Source: Iphione sp. A-MEVVRFRX5 | Taxonomy: Eukaryota | Assembly: GCA_976226885.1 (NCBI GenBank) | Contig: OZ320318.1 | Span: forward strand, 1,674,001-1,738,000 | DNA length: 64,000 bases | Direction: 5' to 3' | In this document: positions 8,901 through 19,189 of the stretch, in pieces | Layout of the letters: each line of letters begins with the position of its first letter | How positions within the stretch are numbered: position 1 is the stretch's first letter | The notes under the pieces: model-generated | The model's input: the letters and a program-made list of their open reading frames with translations, nothing else | Databases searched by the model: none | Told to the model about the DNA's origin: nothing | Translations under genes and position numbers: made by a program

Positions 8901-11900
8901 GACTTCTAACCCGGTGATCCTTAACATGATACGAGGAGTAAAAATCGATTTTACCTCCCCCCCGGTGCAAGTAGAAAGGCCACGCCCCTATGTGTTTCCC
9001 CAATGCCAAGCGGAGGCGGTCCAATGTAATATAATCAAACTCTTAGCTTCTAACACCATAGCGATTACACCGCCTGATGACCTGTTATGGGTATCAAACA
9101 TTTTCTTAAGGCCCAAACCAGACGGATCTTACCGTATGATTTTAGACTTATCACAGCTAAATCAGTATGTGAGGTACGAACATTTCAAGATGGAGAACTT
9201 TGAAACTATTCTACCACTTGTTGCCCAAGGGGCGTGGTTGGCGTCTATTGACCTAAAGGACGCCTACCATGCCATTCCCATTCACCCTAGCCACCAGCTG
9301 TACCTAGGATTCCAATGGGGCAGCACTTTCTACAGATACAAAGTGCTCCCATTTGGACTCGCCTCAGCACCTCGCATATTTACCAAACTACTTCGCCCTA
9401 TGTTGTCCGAACTTAGGGAACGAGGGGTGTCGTTAGCGGCTTATATTGACGATCTACTTATTATAGGTCATGATGAGGAGAGCTGCGATCGCTTTGTACA
9501 TCACACGCTGGATGAGGTGCAGGCTTTGGGTTATACAATCAACCATCAGAAATCTTGCCTTCGGCCTTCACCAGCTATCGCCTTCCTCGGGTATGTCATT
9601 AATGCACAAACATGCATGATCACACCCACAGAACACAAAAAACAAACGGCCAAACAACGTATCACAGAATTGTGGGACACAGACAACCCAACCATCAGAC
9701 AAGTAGCTTCCGTGATCGGCACTCTCGGAGACCTAACCAAAGCAACACCATATGGTTGGCTGCATCTTAAAGCTATGGAGCGGGAAAAGATCAGGGCACT
9801 GAAACACACACACAGCTTCAATGCACACATGCAACTGTCAGAGGAGTTTTGCTCAAACCTACAATGGTGGTATCAACATATCGACTCCATGGCAAGACCC
9901 ATCCACCCCCCGCAACCGGACATTCACATCTATACAGATGCATCAAACACAGGATGGGGAGCAGTTCATGAGGACAAGAAAACAGGGGGTTTCTGGTCAG
10001 CGGCCGAAACAAACCTACACATTAATGCACTCGAACTTAAAGCCATACTTCTGGGGCTACAGGCGTTACTGTCACACGTTTACAATACCACTATCCTGGT
10101 GTTTACTGATAATACATCTGCTGTGGCATATATTAACCACCAGGGAGGCACGCGCTCCTTGGACTGTGCCAGAATCGCTTATGACATAGGTGCATGGGCG
10201 GAGCACAAACAAAATACCCTAGTGGCTACACACATTCCGGGCGTGCTAAACACGGAGGCAGACACTCTCTCTAGAGAATCGGACAACAACATAGAATGGG
10301 AGTTGAATGATGTAATTTTTCAACACATTGTTGACAACTGGGGCACTCCCTCGGTCGATCTCTTTGCTTCCAGGTTAAATCACAAAGTAGATACCTACGT
10401 AAGCTGGCGTCCTGACCCAAATGCTTGTTTCGTAAATGCCTTTGTACTGGACTGGGGGAGTTTTGACAAATGTTATGCGTTTCCTCCCTTCAGCCTCCTG
10501 GGAAGAGTGGTGCGGAAGGTACATTGCGACAACGCCAACTGCATCGTCGTGGCCCCGTTATGGAAGGGCCAGTGGTGGTACCCGCTTGTGCGCAGTCTGT
10601 CTCAAACCCCGCCGCTCATCATTCCTCCGGCGCCCAACAACCTTATCAGTCCAGCAAAACACCACGACGCAGCCATAGCAAGCACCAGCCTCATTGTAGT
10701 CCGCTCATGGTAGAGGCAATAAGAGACTTGTCCGCAGACCCGCAGGTCTCAAGACACATCTTGCATTCATGGAGGCCTAAAACAAGAAACGTGTATCGTA
10801 GCTACCTAAACAGGTGGCATGTCTATTGCATGCAGAGGGACATTAACCCTAGACAACCCTCTCTCCACCAGGCGCATAAGTTTTTGTGTTTCCTATATGA
10901 ACAAGGTCTCAGATATAACGCCCTCAACGTGGCACGTTCGGCTCTTTCGGCAATTTTGCCTGTTTTTCAAAGCAAGTTCGGTTCTCACTCGTTTGGGGCT
11001 CACCCCGTTACTGTTAGGATTTTGAAAGGCATGTTTAATGTTCGCCCACCTCGGGCCCGCTATACCCACACGTGGGACATTGATCTTATCCTGAATCTGA
11101 TCAGGGACTGGACGCCCAACGACGCTCTCTCATTAAAGCTGTTAACCTGGAAGGTAGCCGTGTTGATTCTCCTAGCTTCCTGGGGACGATCACAAACAGT
11201 GTACAAAATTAAGAGAAGTAACATCCATTTTACACCTCAGGGTGGAGTAGTCATCACATATGACTCGGTACTAAAACATTCCAGAGCAGGTCGTAAGACA
11301 GACAAGGTTGCCTTAGACCCCCTTAAAGAGGATAGAGCACTCTGTCCGGTCCACGCTCTCAAGGTGTATTTAGCACGTACCAAAGACATTGCTGAATCGA
11401 CAGACAGACTTTTTGTTTGTATTCTTCCGCCTCATCAGGAGGCATCCCAGGCGACTTTAGTCAGATGGGTAAAACAGGTAATGACAATGGCAGGAATAGA
11501 TACCAGTGTTTTTTCTGTCCATAGCACCAGAGGTGCTGCAGCATCAAAGATGTATCACGCAGGTGTACCTATGAACGCGATACTCGCTAAAGGTATGTGG
11601 GCATCAGAGTCCAGCTTCCGGAAACATTATTGTAAACCGGTACAAGGAACCGGTCGCAAAGCTTAAATAGCTCATGATGGTCAAAACAAACGGAGGTTAC
11701 CTCCTCCATTCGGGGGCCTAACCCCCAGTCTACGAACAACAGGTTATAATGTTCCTTGGGTAGGTGCTCGTATCCGACACACTACCAGTTTTTTGCTAGT
11801 TCTTGCCCTCCTTGTAGGGGCCTTTCGTTGGAGTTGTTTCAGCAATAAAAAGTCACATTGCTTGTATTTCACGTGTTGAGACTGAGTCTGTTCAGGGTTT

Positions 11901-14900
11901 AGCCCTGCTACCACGGTCACCTAGCACGTCTTCGAAGTCTCCCTGCATCGCCACGTAGCGACTCATAGTGGTGCTAATTACATGGTTTGGCTAGACTTAC
12001 CTGGTAAGTTGACGTCAAACCCTGGTTAGCACCATATGAGAAGCGTAGTGGGGAGGAAGGGCCCACCCTCCTCCCCTATAGCGCTCTCATATTGCCCCAC
12101 TAGCTCGCTGTGGGCGCTGTCCAGTAGAGGTACTAGGCTCCCTCCTCACTGTAAAAACTTTAATCACTGCCTTACCCCAGGTGGCGCCAACTACATCTCC
12201 CTTCCTCCCCACTACGCTTCTCATATGGTGCTAACCAGGGTTTGACGTCAACTTACCAGGTAAGTCTAGCCAAACCATGTAATTTACAGACACCAAATTG
12301 TTTCACGTATATGTAATCAGTGGCGCTCAGGCGAACTGATAGAGGATACAGTATAGAAAGTTGTTAAAGGTCCACTATAGGTAACAGTGGAAGGTCCGGT
12401 TTTGTATGTGTGGAGAGGTACGTGTGAATATTCACTCAGGTACAATAAATGTTCCCTCAGATACAGGCCCGTAGCCAAAGGGGTATCAGGGGTATCGTCC
12501 GATACCCCACGCAAAACCTAATGCACATAGCCTTGCACATAGGCATAAGGACACGCTCATCCAGGAGTTCCACCTCTGGGGTATCGGAGGTATTGTCCGA
12601 TACCCCCAGAACAATTCCTGGCTACAGGCCTGAGATACATGTGAATGATAACAGTCGTGTGTGACTATTGATGTTGGAGCCTGCCTCAGGCCTCAGTCAG
12701 CATCCCATGTACCTTGATGAGATAAGCCTTCTGGCATGGAGGGGGTAAGGAGGTATATGTGTGCGTGTGTGTGTGTGCGTGTAGGCTGCCTGAGCTGCAC
12801 ATGGAAGCTCATAGCTGCACCTTCTGCTAGTAGTAAATGACAGTGTCTCTACAGAATTAAGCATGTTCAATAGAAACCGCCATAGTACACGTATGTCTAA
12901 TTCAAGTACATGTATATAAAATGAGGCTATGTGAGTCTGATCAGTGAAAAAATATGTATTAATAGTATTAATTCATAATTTTTATATTTCAGTATTATCT
13001 ACAGTAAGTGATATATGACTTAAATAACGCTAACTGCTGAAAATGAAATTTATGTAGATGTATAGAGCTTGACAAGAGTGTTGACAAGCACGAGGATTCA
13101 TAACTCTCTTCATGTCAGCTTCGTTTCTCAATTGAATGTTCCTTTGAAGTAGATACCTGAACACTTGGTTGTTTTTATTTCCCGTCTTAGTTTCATGACA
13201 ATGTTTTGTTTATTGTAGTTATTTTGGAGAAGTACCACCTGCTGCAGTCGACGGCCTCAGAGGAAGCTCTGCGTGAGTTCATCACGGTCTTCAAGAAACA
13301 TGCTGATCAGGTAAAAACACATGGCTGAGAAAAAGACTAACCTTTCATGATATGACTAACATATAAACAACACCATTGAAGTTAAATAGACCTGTTTAAA
13401 TTATACTAACCTTTCATGATATGACTATCATATATTTATAACAACACCGAGTAAGATAAACCTATTTAATATCAGGCAGTGTCCAAAATGACATGATTGA
13501 CCTGATTCTTTGTGTGTAAAACTGCACACAGATTGGGGGAAATATTCAGGGATATGGGGGGTATCTTTTTGATACTCAGATTCGAGAGTCAAAATCAAGC
13601 TACTAGTCTTGTGAATGGCATACAACTACGATAAAAAAATGCCCGATTTATTGTCTGCAGATAGAAGAGACAGTCTCAGCCCTGACACCTGAAGAGGGGA
13701 AGTCCTCGGGAGGTAAGCGTATAAATTCGTGTTTTACTTGTCCCATCCTCAAGGAAGGATGTATATAGGAGTGTTTCTCTTCTAAAATGCAATCCAAAAC
13801 CCTGAAAAAGGGCAAGGTAAGTGTATGTACAGTTCTCTATGATACGTGAGACAACTGGGTTTGGAGATTCCGCTAAAATAGGTCTCTTGTTGACTAGAAA
13901 TTATTTGGAGAAATAACTGAGAATCTAGCATGTGTTCTCTCTATCCTCTCTGAGTCAGTATATAAGATTAAAGCCATGGACGAGAAGTAAGTGAGAATTC
14001 GTCATGTGTTCTCTCTCTCTCTGCTAAGTCAATATGGATGATGAAAGCCATGGGAAATTTTTAAGAAGACCAGCCTCTGAATCAAAACAGACTTTAATAT
14101 TGCGCTTAATTTAATTTAGGTGTATGATCTAGATTAATTCAGATAAGCAAATATTGATAAATTGTTGATCATATTCCTTCTTATTTAGTTGGTAGGGAAG
14201 CATTGTCAGCCTTTGGGGACCAGTTTCTCTCCTCTGTGGAGAAAATCCGGCGAGACTGTCGTCTGAAGAGGGATGAGTTAGTTGCTGACCTGGACGAAGT
14301 GAAAAGACAGCGCCAAGATCATCTCGATGCCATCAAGGACATGTTTGGACCAGCCAAGGGAGAGACAGCAGAGGACCCAGGTGAATTGTATGATGAAATT
14401 ATAGGCAAGACAGAGAGCCTCAACCTCTCACCCAGCAACCTGGAAGAGGAGGTATCAGATCATAACAAGCAGCAGAAGAAGAATATGGCTAGGTCCAAGG
14501 ATACCAAGACATCGCGTGTTGGAGAAGGCAGTATGCGCTCGAGTGGAAGAGAGCAGTCATCACCATCAGTTACCACCATGACACACGATGGCTCCGTTTG
14601 TAGTTGTGGCATGGCTGACTGTGATGAAACACTGCACACTTCCAGGACAGACCCCAGACAAGAAGATGCCAGTGAAAAGGCTGGCAGTGAGACTGATAGT
14701 GACAAAGTGGGTGAAGCAAATATCACTCAAACTGGGAGTCAGGCCCGTCGACCCTCAAGCCTGGGTGACGTGGCATCCCGGGGAAATTCAGGTCCAAACC
14801 GGAGGACACCACCAACCCCACGCACATCACGGCTTCCAGCCCCATCACCCTCCCCACTGACGGCTCGCACCAATGGACGCAGTAATAGCACCCCGGGACG

Positions 14901-15081
14901 TTCAAGACTACCAACACAGCACATGCGCAAGAGCCTTCTCCCAGGAGCAAGTCCAGCGCCTAGTTCCAGGGGACACATACTACCAGGGGGCCGGTTGACA
15001 CCCATCAACAAACTGGTGCTGAAACCACGGTCAGGAAGTGAAACTAGAGCGTCAGTAGATCAGGAGGGGGATTTACCTTAG
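4267..15081 (+). CDS. Host gene 1 (5'-partial), uncharacterised helical/coiled-coil protein with a Ser/Pro/Arg-rich tail
   Basis: join(4267..4393,5022..5153,5472..5693,6016..6159,6746..6834,7281..7339,13219..13310,13661..13712,14189..15081). All introns GT-AG, phases match throughout, no internal stop. Family not recognised. Confidence 0.85.
4373..4620 (+). repeat. 104-bp tandem repeat (~2.4 copies) containing the exon 3' end and its donor
   Basis: AAACTCTACAAGAGTGTGGAG|GTGAGTTTC recurs at 4373, 4477 and (diverged) 4581. Confidence 0.9.
5022..5153 (+). CDS. Host gene 1 exon (MNNSEKLQRP...NLKHV)
   Basis: ctacag| ... |gtaagg, 132 nt, phase 0-0. Confidence 0.8.
5472..5693 (+). CDS. Host gene 1 exon (SRLESQL...VPAAPW)
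   Basis: ttacag| ... |gtgagt, 222 nt. Confidence 0.85.
6016..6159 (+). CDS. Host gene 1 exon (KPRLAAL...HMNSLE)
   Basis: cttcag| ... |gtacat, 144 nt. Confidence 0.8.
6746..6834 (+). CDS. Host gene 1 exon (NNVLKEELLFHQRIYDLQ...)
   Basis: atacag| ... |gtaggt, 89 nt, phase 0-2. Confidence 0.8.
7281..7339 (+). CDS. Host gene 1 exon (EGYGEFETSTNSLLCQPMT)
   Basis: cataag| ... |gtaagg, 59 nt, phase 2-1; links the flanking exons in frame. Confidence 0.8.
7378..7449. repeat. DIRS left inverted terminal repeat
   Basis: 7412-7449 is the exact reverse complement of 12164-12201; the outer part matches imperfectly. Confidence 0.9.
7679..8836 (+). CDS. DIRS gag-like ORF1 (385 aa)
   Basis: First ATG at 7679; PxP.LN..LW..L...R..D..LQ motif typical of DIRS gag; basic C-terminus. 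Confidence 0.85.
   Translation: MSRRGKSDKQSAEGSVEEVQAVPAVVLPQPSDPPQNAVFTQLLTAIIDMPKALGDRLTTMEERLEAKLGPVASSSGHSTHSARVDLWSSSEMGDTRSSIAPDENLIARQDRDHELSEGEVEEDPGPQGFYDELVTGLDDDKNVGKDAHQRVARYTGGRIKRPLEGEEAKNLRVKYPRPGNIPDMQPPKLNGALWHHLHQFARNRDKVLQRIMHAMVPSLTATIRLTELLISHEKDATWIRDALQLTSDIISLEVGVRDDVLKFRRAEVKHNLSPVFKRLVEEAHPSQQWLFGDELRQHCRNLEDDERLARKMDKGKSGPKSQAKNRHEPYRKPDGKQGKGKFQKRYGKGDYQSTTTYRSPLEAVDASKNGAAGPNKTGPQKTQNK
8764..10713 (+). CDS. DIRS ORF2: reverse transcriptase, RNase H, DAM-like methyltransferase domain
   Basis: DLKDAY, LPFGL..APRIFTK, YIDD; RNase H TDAS..GWG, HINALEL, TDN, N.EAD.LSR; MT DLFAS..AFPPF. Frame open from 8764; first ATG only at 8926. Confidence 0.95.
   Translation, partial: SSRCVKKRGSGAQQDRAPENPEQVNEVSYNPPAGNLLNHVEGWARLTSNPVILNMIRGVKIDFTSPPVQVERPRPYVFPQCQAEAVQCNIIKLLASNTIAITPPDDLLWVSNIFLRPKPDGSYRMILDLSQLNQYVRYEHFKMENFETILPLVAQGAWLASIDLKDAYHAIPIHPSHQLYLGFQWGSTFYRYKVLPFGLASAPRIFTKLLRPMLSELRERGVSLAAYIDDLLIIGHDEESCDRFVHHTLDEVQALGYTINHQKSCLRPSPAIAFLGYVINAQTCMITPTEHKKQTAKQRITELWDTDNPTIRQVASVIGTLGDLTKATPYGWLHLKAMEREKIRALKHTHSFNAHMQLSEEFCSNLQWWYQHIDSMARPIHPPQPDIHIYTDASNTGWGAVHEDKKTGGFWSAAETNLHINALELKAILLGLQALLSHVYNTTILVFTDNTSAVAYINHQGGTRSLDCARIAYDIGAWAEHKQNTLVATHIPGVLNTEADTLSRESDNNIEWELNDVIFQHIVDNWGTPSVDLFASRLNHKVDTYVSWRPDPNACFVNAFVLDWGSFDKCYAFPPFSLLGRVVRKVHCDNANCIVVAPLWKGQWWYPLVRSLSQTPPLIIPPAPNNLISPAKHHDAAIASTSLIVVRSW
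10707..11666 (+). CDS. DIRS tyrosine recombinase
   Basis: N-terminal SAM-like domain, catalytic R (WGRS), LCPV..L..Y, HSTR, W..ESSFRKHY. The ATG overlaps the ORF2 stop; the frame is also open further upstream. Confidence 0.93.
   Translation: MVEAIRDLSADPQVSRHILHSWRPKTRNVYRSYLNRWHVYCMQRDINPRQPSLHQAHKFLCFLYEQGLRYNALNVARSALSAILPVFQSKFGSHSFGAHPVTVRILKGMFNVRPPRARYTHTWDIDLILNLIRDWTPNDALSLKLLTWKVAVLILLASWGRSQTVYKIKRSNIHFTPQGGVVITYDSVLKHSRAGRKTDKVALDPLKEDRALCPVHALKVYLARTKDIAESTDRLFVCILPPHQEASQATLVRWVKQVMTMAGIDTSVFSVHSTRGAAASKMYHAGVPMNAILAKGMWASESSFRKHYCKPVQGTGRKA
11938..12061. repeat. DIRS internal complementary region (ICR)
   Basis: 11938-11977 is complementary to the left end 7378-7417; 11976-12061 is complementary to the right end 12199-12284. 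Confidence 0.92.
12164..12284. repeat. DIRS right ITR plus 3' extension
   Basis: Pairs with the left ITR and with the ICR as described above. Confidence 0.9.
12464..12632. mobile_element. MITE-like element (169 bp)
   Basis: TIR CAGGCCCGTAGCCA / TGGCTACAGGCCTG (1 mismatch); AGATA duplicated on both flanks; internal GGGTATC..GATACCC hairpins. Confidence 0.65.
13219..13310 (+). CDS. Host gene 1 exon (ILEKYHLL...KHADQ)
   Basis: ttgtag| ... |gtaaaa, 92 nt. Confidence 0.8.
13661..13712 (+). CDS. Host gene 1 exon (IEETVSALTPEEGKSSG)
   Basis: ctgcag| ... |gtaagc, 52 nt. Confidence 0.8.
14189..15081 (+). CDS. Host gene 1 terminal coding exon
   Basis: atttag| acceptor in frame with ORF 14203..15081; stop TAG. 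Confidence 0.85.
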
Positions 15082-15994
15082 GACCACCCCCCCCCCGACT
15101 CCCCACCTGGTATATTGAGGGTTATATATACATGTTACCTTTCTACATTCCTGCCTTGCCAGTATGGTATATGAGACTCAAGGATGATTATCACCTTTCT
15201 CAAGTAAAGTTACATTCCTTCCACTATGATGCAGGTACAGCAGTCCTAACAGGGTGTTTTCCTAAACGTTCAGACGTGATTTTGCAGCACAAAGATAACA
15301 GAGTAATATTTGTTTTATAGTCCATAGAGAGTGGATTGTCTGGCATAGTGAGAGCATTTATAAACATAGAATAATGAGGCTTGGTCCATCCTTCAATCTG
15401 TGTGCTTTCCAGAGTGGCCTGTGTAGAAGGTTGTATGGAATCAGGGTTCTTCCTCATATCTTATTACATTGATTACAGAAATGTTTTATATATGTACTAA
15501 TTACATGTACAGTCTTAGGCGGGAATGATCAGATGTGGGGTCCTCGTTCTACTTTGATTTGTTCCTATATAGTTGTGGCAAGTTCACATGTTCTGTCTAT
15601 ACATGTATATTGTATGAATATGATTGTATATACCTAAAACAAAATTGAGTTAAGGAAATATATTAAACGAGGAAATGATTTGAAAAAACTGATATTCAAT
15701 GGAGGTCATATCTGCTGCAGATAAGTGTAAGGTCAGCAGATAGGATGACCTCCATTATATGCAGCCACTCAAACCAGAAAAAGGGGGAGGAGCCTGTTCT
15801 TTGATGTTAGAGCCAAATTGGAGGCTGGGCCTCCAGTACTACTTTATCTGGAGCCCTATGGGATTCCCTATGTCGCAATTAGATCTTGATTTTCTTTCAA
15901 GTTGAGTCTGGGTGGGAGGAGGCCTGAGCTGGAGGGAATCAGATAAGAGTGATTGACAGGTCCTCAGGTCCTACTGTGTTGTTAGAAGGACTCT

Positions 15995-16380
15995 CAACCA
16001 CGCTCCCGTCAGCGCGAATGACCGAGGGGAGGGGGTCTTAGCACGAAGAAGCTGGGTGGGGGCGCTAAACCACGCTCCCGTCAGCGCAAATGACCGAGGG
16101 GAGGGGGTCTTAGCACAAGGGAACTGAGTGGAGCCACTAAACCACGCTCCCGTCAGCGCGGGACGCCTGCGAAGAGGCCAGGGGGGAGGGGGTGGGGAGG
16201 AGTGGAGGCTGGACACCCTGGACCGCCTCAGTCGCGCTAGGCCGCCCCCAGCGCTAATAGCACCCCCCACAGCCCAGAGGTACACCCTGGACCGCCTCAG
16301 TCGCGCTAGGCCGCCCCCAGCGCTAATAGCACCCCCCACAGCCCAGAGATACACCCTGGACTGCCTCAGTCGCGCTAGGT
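15995..16380. repeat. Two adjacent GC-rich tandem repeats (~71-bp and 69-bp units)
   Basis: AACCACGCTCCCGTCAGCGC x3; ACACCCTGGACCGCCTCAGTCGCGCTAGG x3. Confidence 0.8.
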
Positions 16381-19189
16381 CCTTTATTTGAGAGAATATG
16401 ACCTCCATATGCAGTGTTCACTGCAATGTTACTTGTCTAAAATTTCAATCTCATTTAGAGTCTGCGAATAGACCTTCTTAAGTGTTTCTATTAAACATCA
16501 ATGCAGTTAGATATTTTTGGCCAGATGTCGCTATTTTCCTTTGTCAGACTGTATCATGTCAAAGTTCTGTGGTGGAAACACATCTAATGAAGGTGGAGTT
16601 TCTATGAATGCACACGTGTATAGTGCATGTAAGAATTTTTAGTATTATAAGAATGAACTTCATAGGTGGAGTGCATGCATAGTTCTGGTGCATGCATTGT
16701 TCTGGTGCATGCATTGTTCTAGTGCAAGCCTTCTCATGTGTCAGAAAGAAGCAATACACGTAAATTTCATGCATGCAGATACTCTGCACTCCAGTAGCAT
16801 ATTCCTTTTAATCGACCCCAGATTTACAACACAGTAACACCATATCAAATTTCTGTTTGTACTTTTTTGCTCAATTTATATTTGCTCAAAGCTTTTGTAA
16901 CTTTTACACCCGTTTTTTACTTATGAGAATCAGTCGCATTCTGTGATATAATTATGTACAGGTACCTGTCATTCATCAAGACAAGTATGGGATAACATGT
17001 AGAAAACATCAGTTTCACCTTTTATGATCCTGATGAGAGTTCACATTGAAAACTGCAACTTTCTAACAGAGTTCAGTAGAAATGAGATGCATCCTCTATA
17101 TTTGTAACCTATGTTCATGTGCATGTAGTCATGGTTACAGTCTGTCACCTAAAGGATAAGTCTTTAATTGCCATACAGAGCTAAGTGTGCAATGAATAAA
17201 AGTAAAGGAAATAATGCAGTCACAGTGGCACATGGTTGAAGAAAGGATAAATGAAAGAAAAGAAGATAGTGTAAATGCACAGTACCTTTGCTTGTGCCAT
17301 TTGATAAGTAAAGATATAATAAACTATGCAATATGTATAATCATGTCTTTGTTGCATTTCTAGTGATATTTACATGAACATTTATCAATCATGAAAAACT
17401 TATGAAGAAACATATCCCATCCCGTACAGTATCATGTACCAAAGATTTATCATTTCCAAAGAGAGACAAATAGAATGCACACTTTTCAGTAGGTTTTAGA
17501 TATGTATACTCTGTTTTTGAAGCAGACAGTGATATTTGCATGAGCATGTCTGAACCACCTGACAGCTGACAGGTTGATCAGAGTAATCTGTGGTTGCCTG
17601 CTGCAATTAGAAGAGAACAAAAATGGCTGGACACATTTCTCAAAAATAATAGTTCATATGTAGCAAGTATCACTATGAGTTCTAAATACGGTTCAGACTC
17701 ATAACCTGCACAGTCTCTATCTAAAGATATTCTGTATCTACACTGTTCTGATACTGAAGGAATGAATATTGAGGAAAAGTAACTAGACTTCCTTATAAAC
17801 CTTCATATCCACATGAAAACATTTGCAACAGTGATTATTCAGATATCAGGCCTTGACTGTATTTGAGTCTAGGTGATGATATTCTGTCAGAAAGAGAGAA
17901 CTCATGAAAAGCTGACTATCAATTCCCTCTTCCATCATCACCCGTTACAAAGCCATGATCCGAAAAATGAAGGTCATATCGCTGGAGATGTTTCTCCCTA
18001 ATGTGCAAAAATGCTTTCCCGGTGAGTGCCTCTTGTCTACGTCGGACGAAAAATAAACTGCGACACCAGATGGAATTGAAGACATCTTGTCAACAAATAA
18101 GATCGTCCAACCCAAACCACAGCCTTCAACCAAGCCTGAGCCAACGGCTTCAAAGTCAACTTCAAGGTATCATAGCCAAAAATCATATCGGAACAAATAT
18201 TTTTATATTATTATAAGGTTTTATAATATGTATAATGGGCTATTTCTGAAGTTTGTATAATATATAAAGGCAGAGATATCACGTCCAGCCTGGACAGTAA
18301 GAGAAGTCAGGAGGATCCCCAAACACCACAGTGCAATATGGACAGCAAAGAACAGAGCAGAAACCATAAAGGGGGGTGGCCACAAACGCAGGTTATGTCA
18401 AAAGCGCTTATTATGACTTCAAACCAATTTACGCATGCAACAAGGAAAAGAATGCGAATGAATGAAAGAAGTACTCAGTTTCACCAAATACGAACAGCCA
18501 TGCACACCTTCCAGCAGTTTAAATATAGAAATGAGATATATGATCTCTATTTGTAGCCAATGTATTGATATCTGTTAGAAACAGTCAACATTAAAGTTGA
18601 CGAGTGAACTGTATAAAAGTGACAGCGGCGTGTGCATGTGGTTCCAGAGAGAAAAAGTCAGCAGGACACAATGAAACCGGACACTATTTCAGTGATACCT
18701 AATGAATGCCCTTGTTCTCAGAGATACCTTACCACTGTCCTTGTTCTTATCCCACTCTCTTCATATCCTCTGTTCATAATCAATCTACTTGTTTTGTAAT
18801 CTAAGCCTGGTGAAGTTTATGAAAATACTGTTTGAATGCTACCAATGAATTTGTCGTGTCTGAAAACCTTTATGTATGAAGCTTCAGAATAATGGAAAAA
18901 GTTTAGGAAAATCAATCATAGTACCATACTTGAGTCAGTTTTCTGCATTGTTCCTATGGGGCATTATTTCACTAATTTTGTTTTCCTTTTTGTGGCATGA
19001 AACCTTTTATAATTCAACAACCACAATCACGTTGCTACATCTAGCGTGAGGTGAAAGGTCCATTTGCCTGCATTGGTAAGGTGTTGAAAGAGTGAGTGTT
19101 ACTGTGCTGTCAAAGTCCCCTAATCCAGAAGTAAAGAGGACCAGGTCAAAGCAGTCCACAAGGAGAAGAGAACAATCAAGGGCAAGGTA

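Larger units (their letters stand above)
7378..12284 (+). mobile_element. Full-length DIRS1-type tyrosine-recombinase retrotransposon
   Basis: gag, RT/RNaseH/MT and YR ORFs are all uninterrupted. ITR core 7412-7449 / 12164-12201; ICR 11938-12061; no TSD; both ends at a TT core. Confidence 0.95.

Noticed and set aside
17530-18170. Coding-like stretch with scattered stops
   Set aside because: No recognisable domain and no consistent splice sites or frame.
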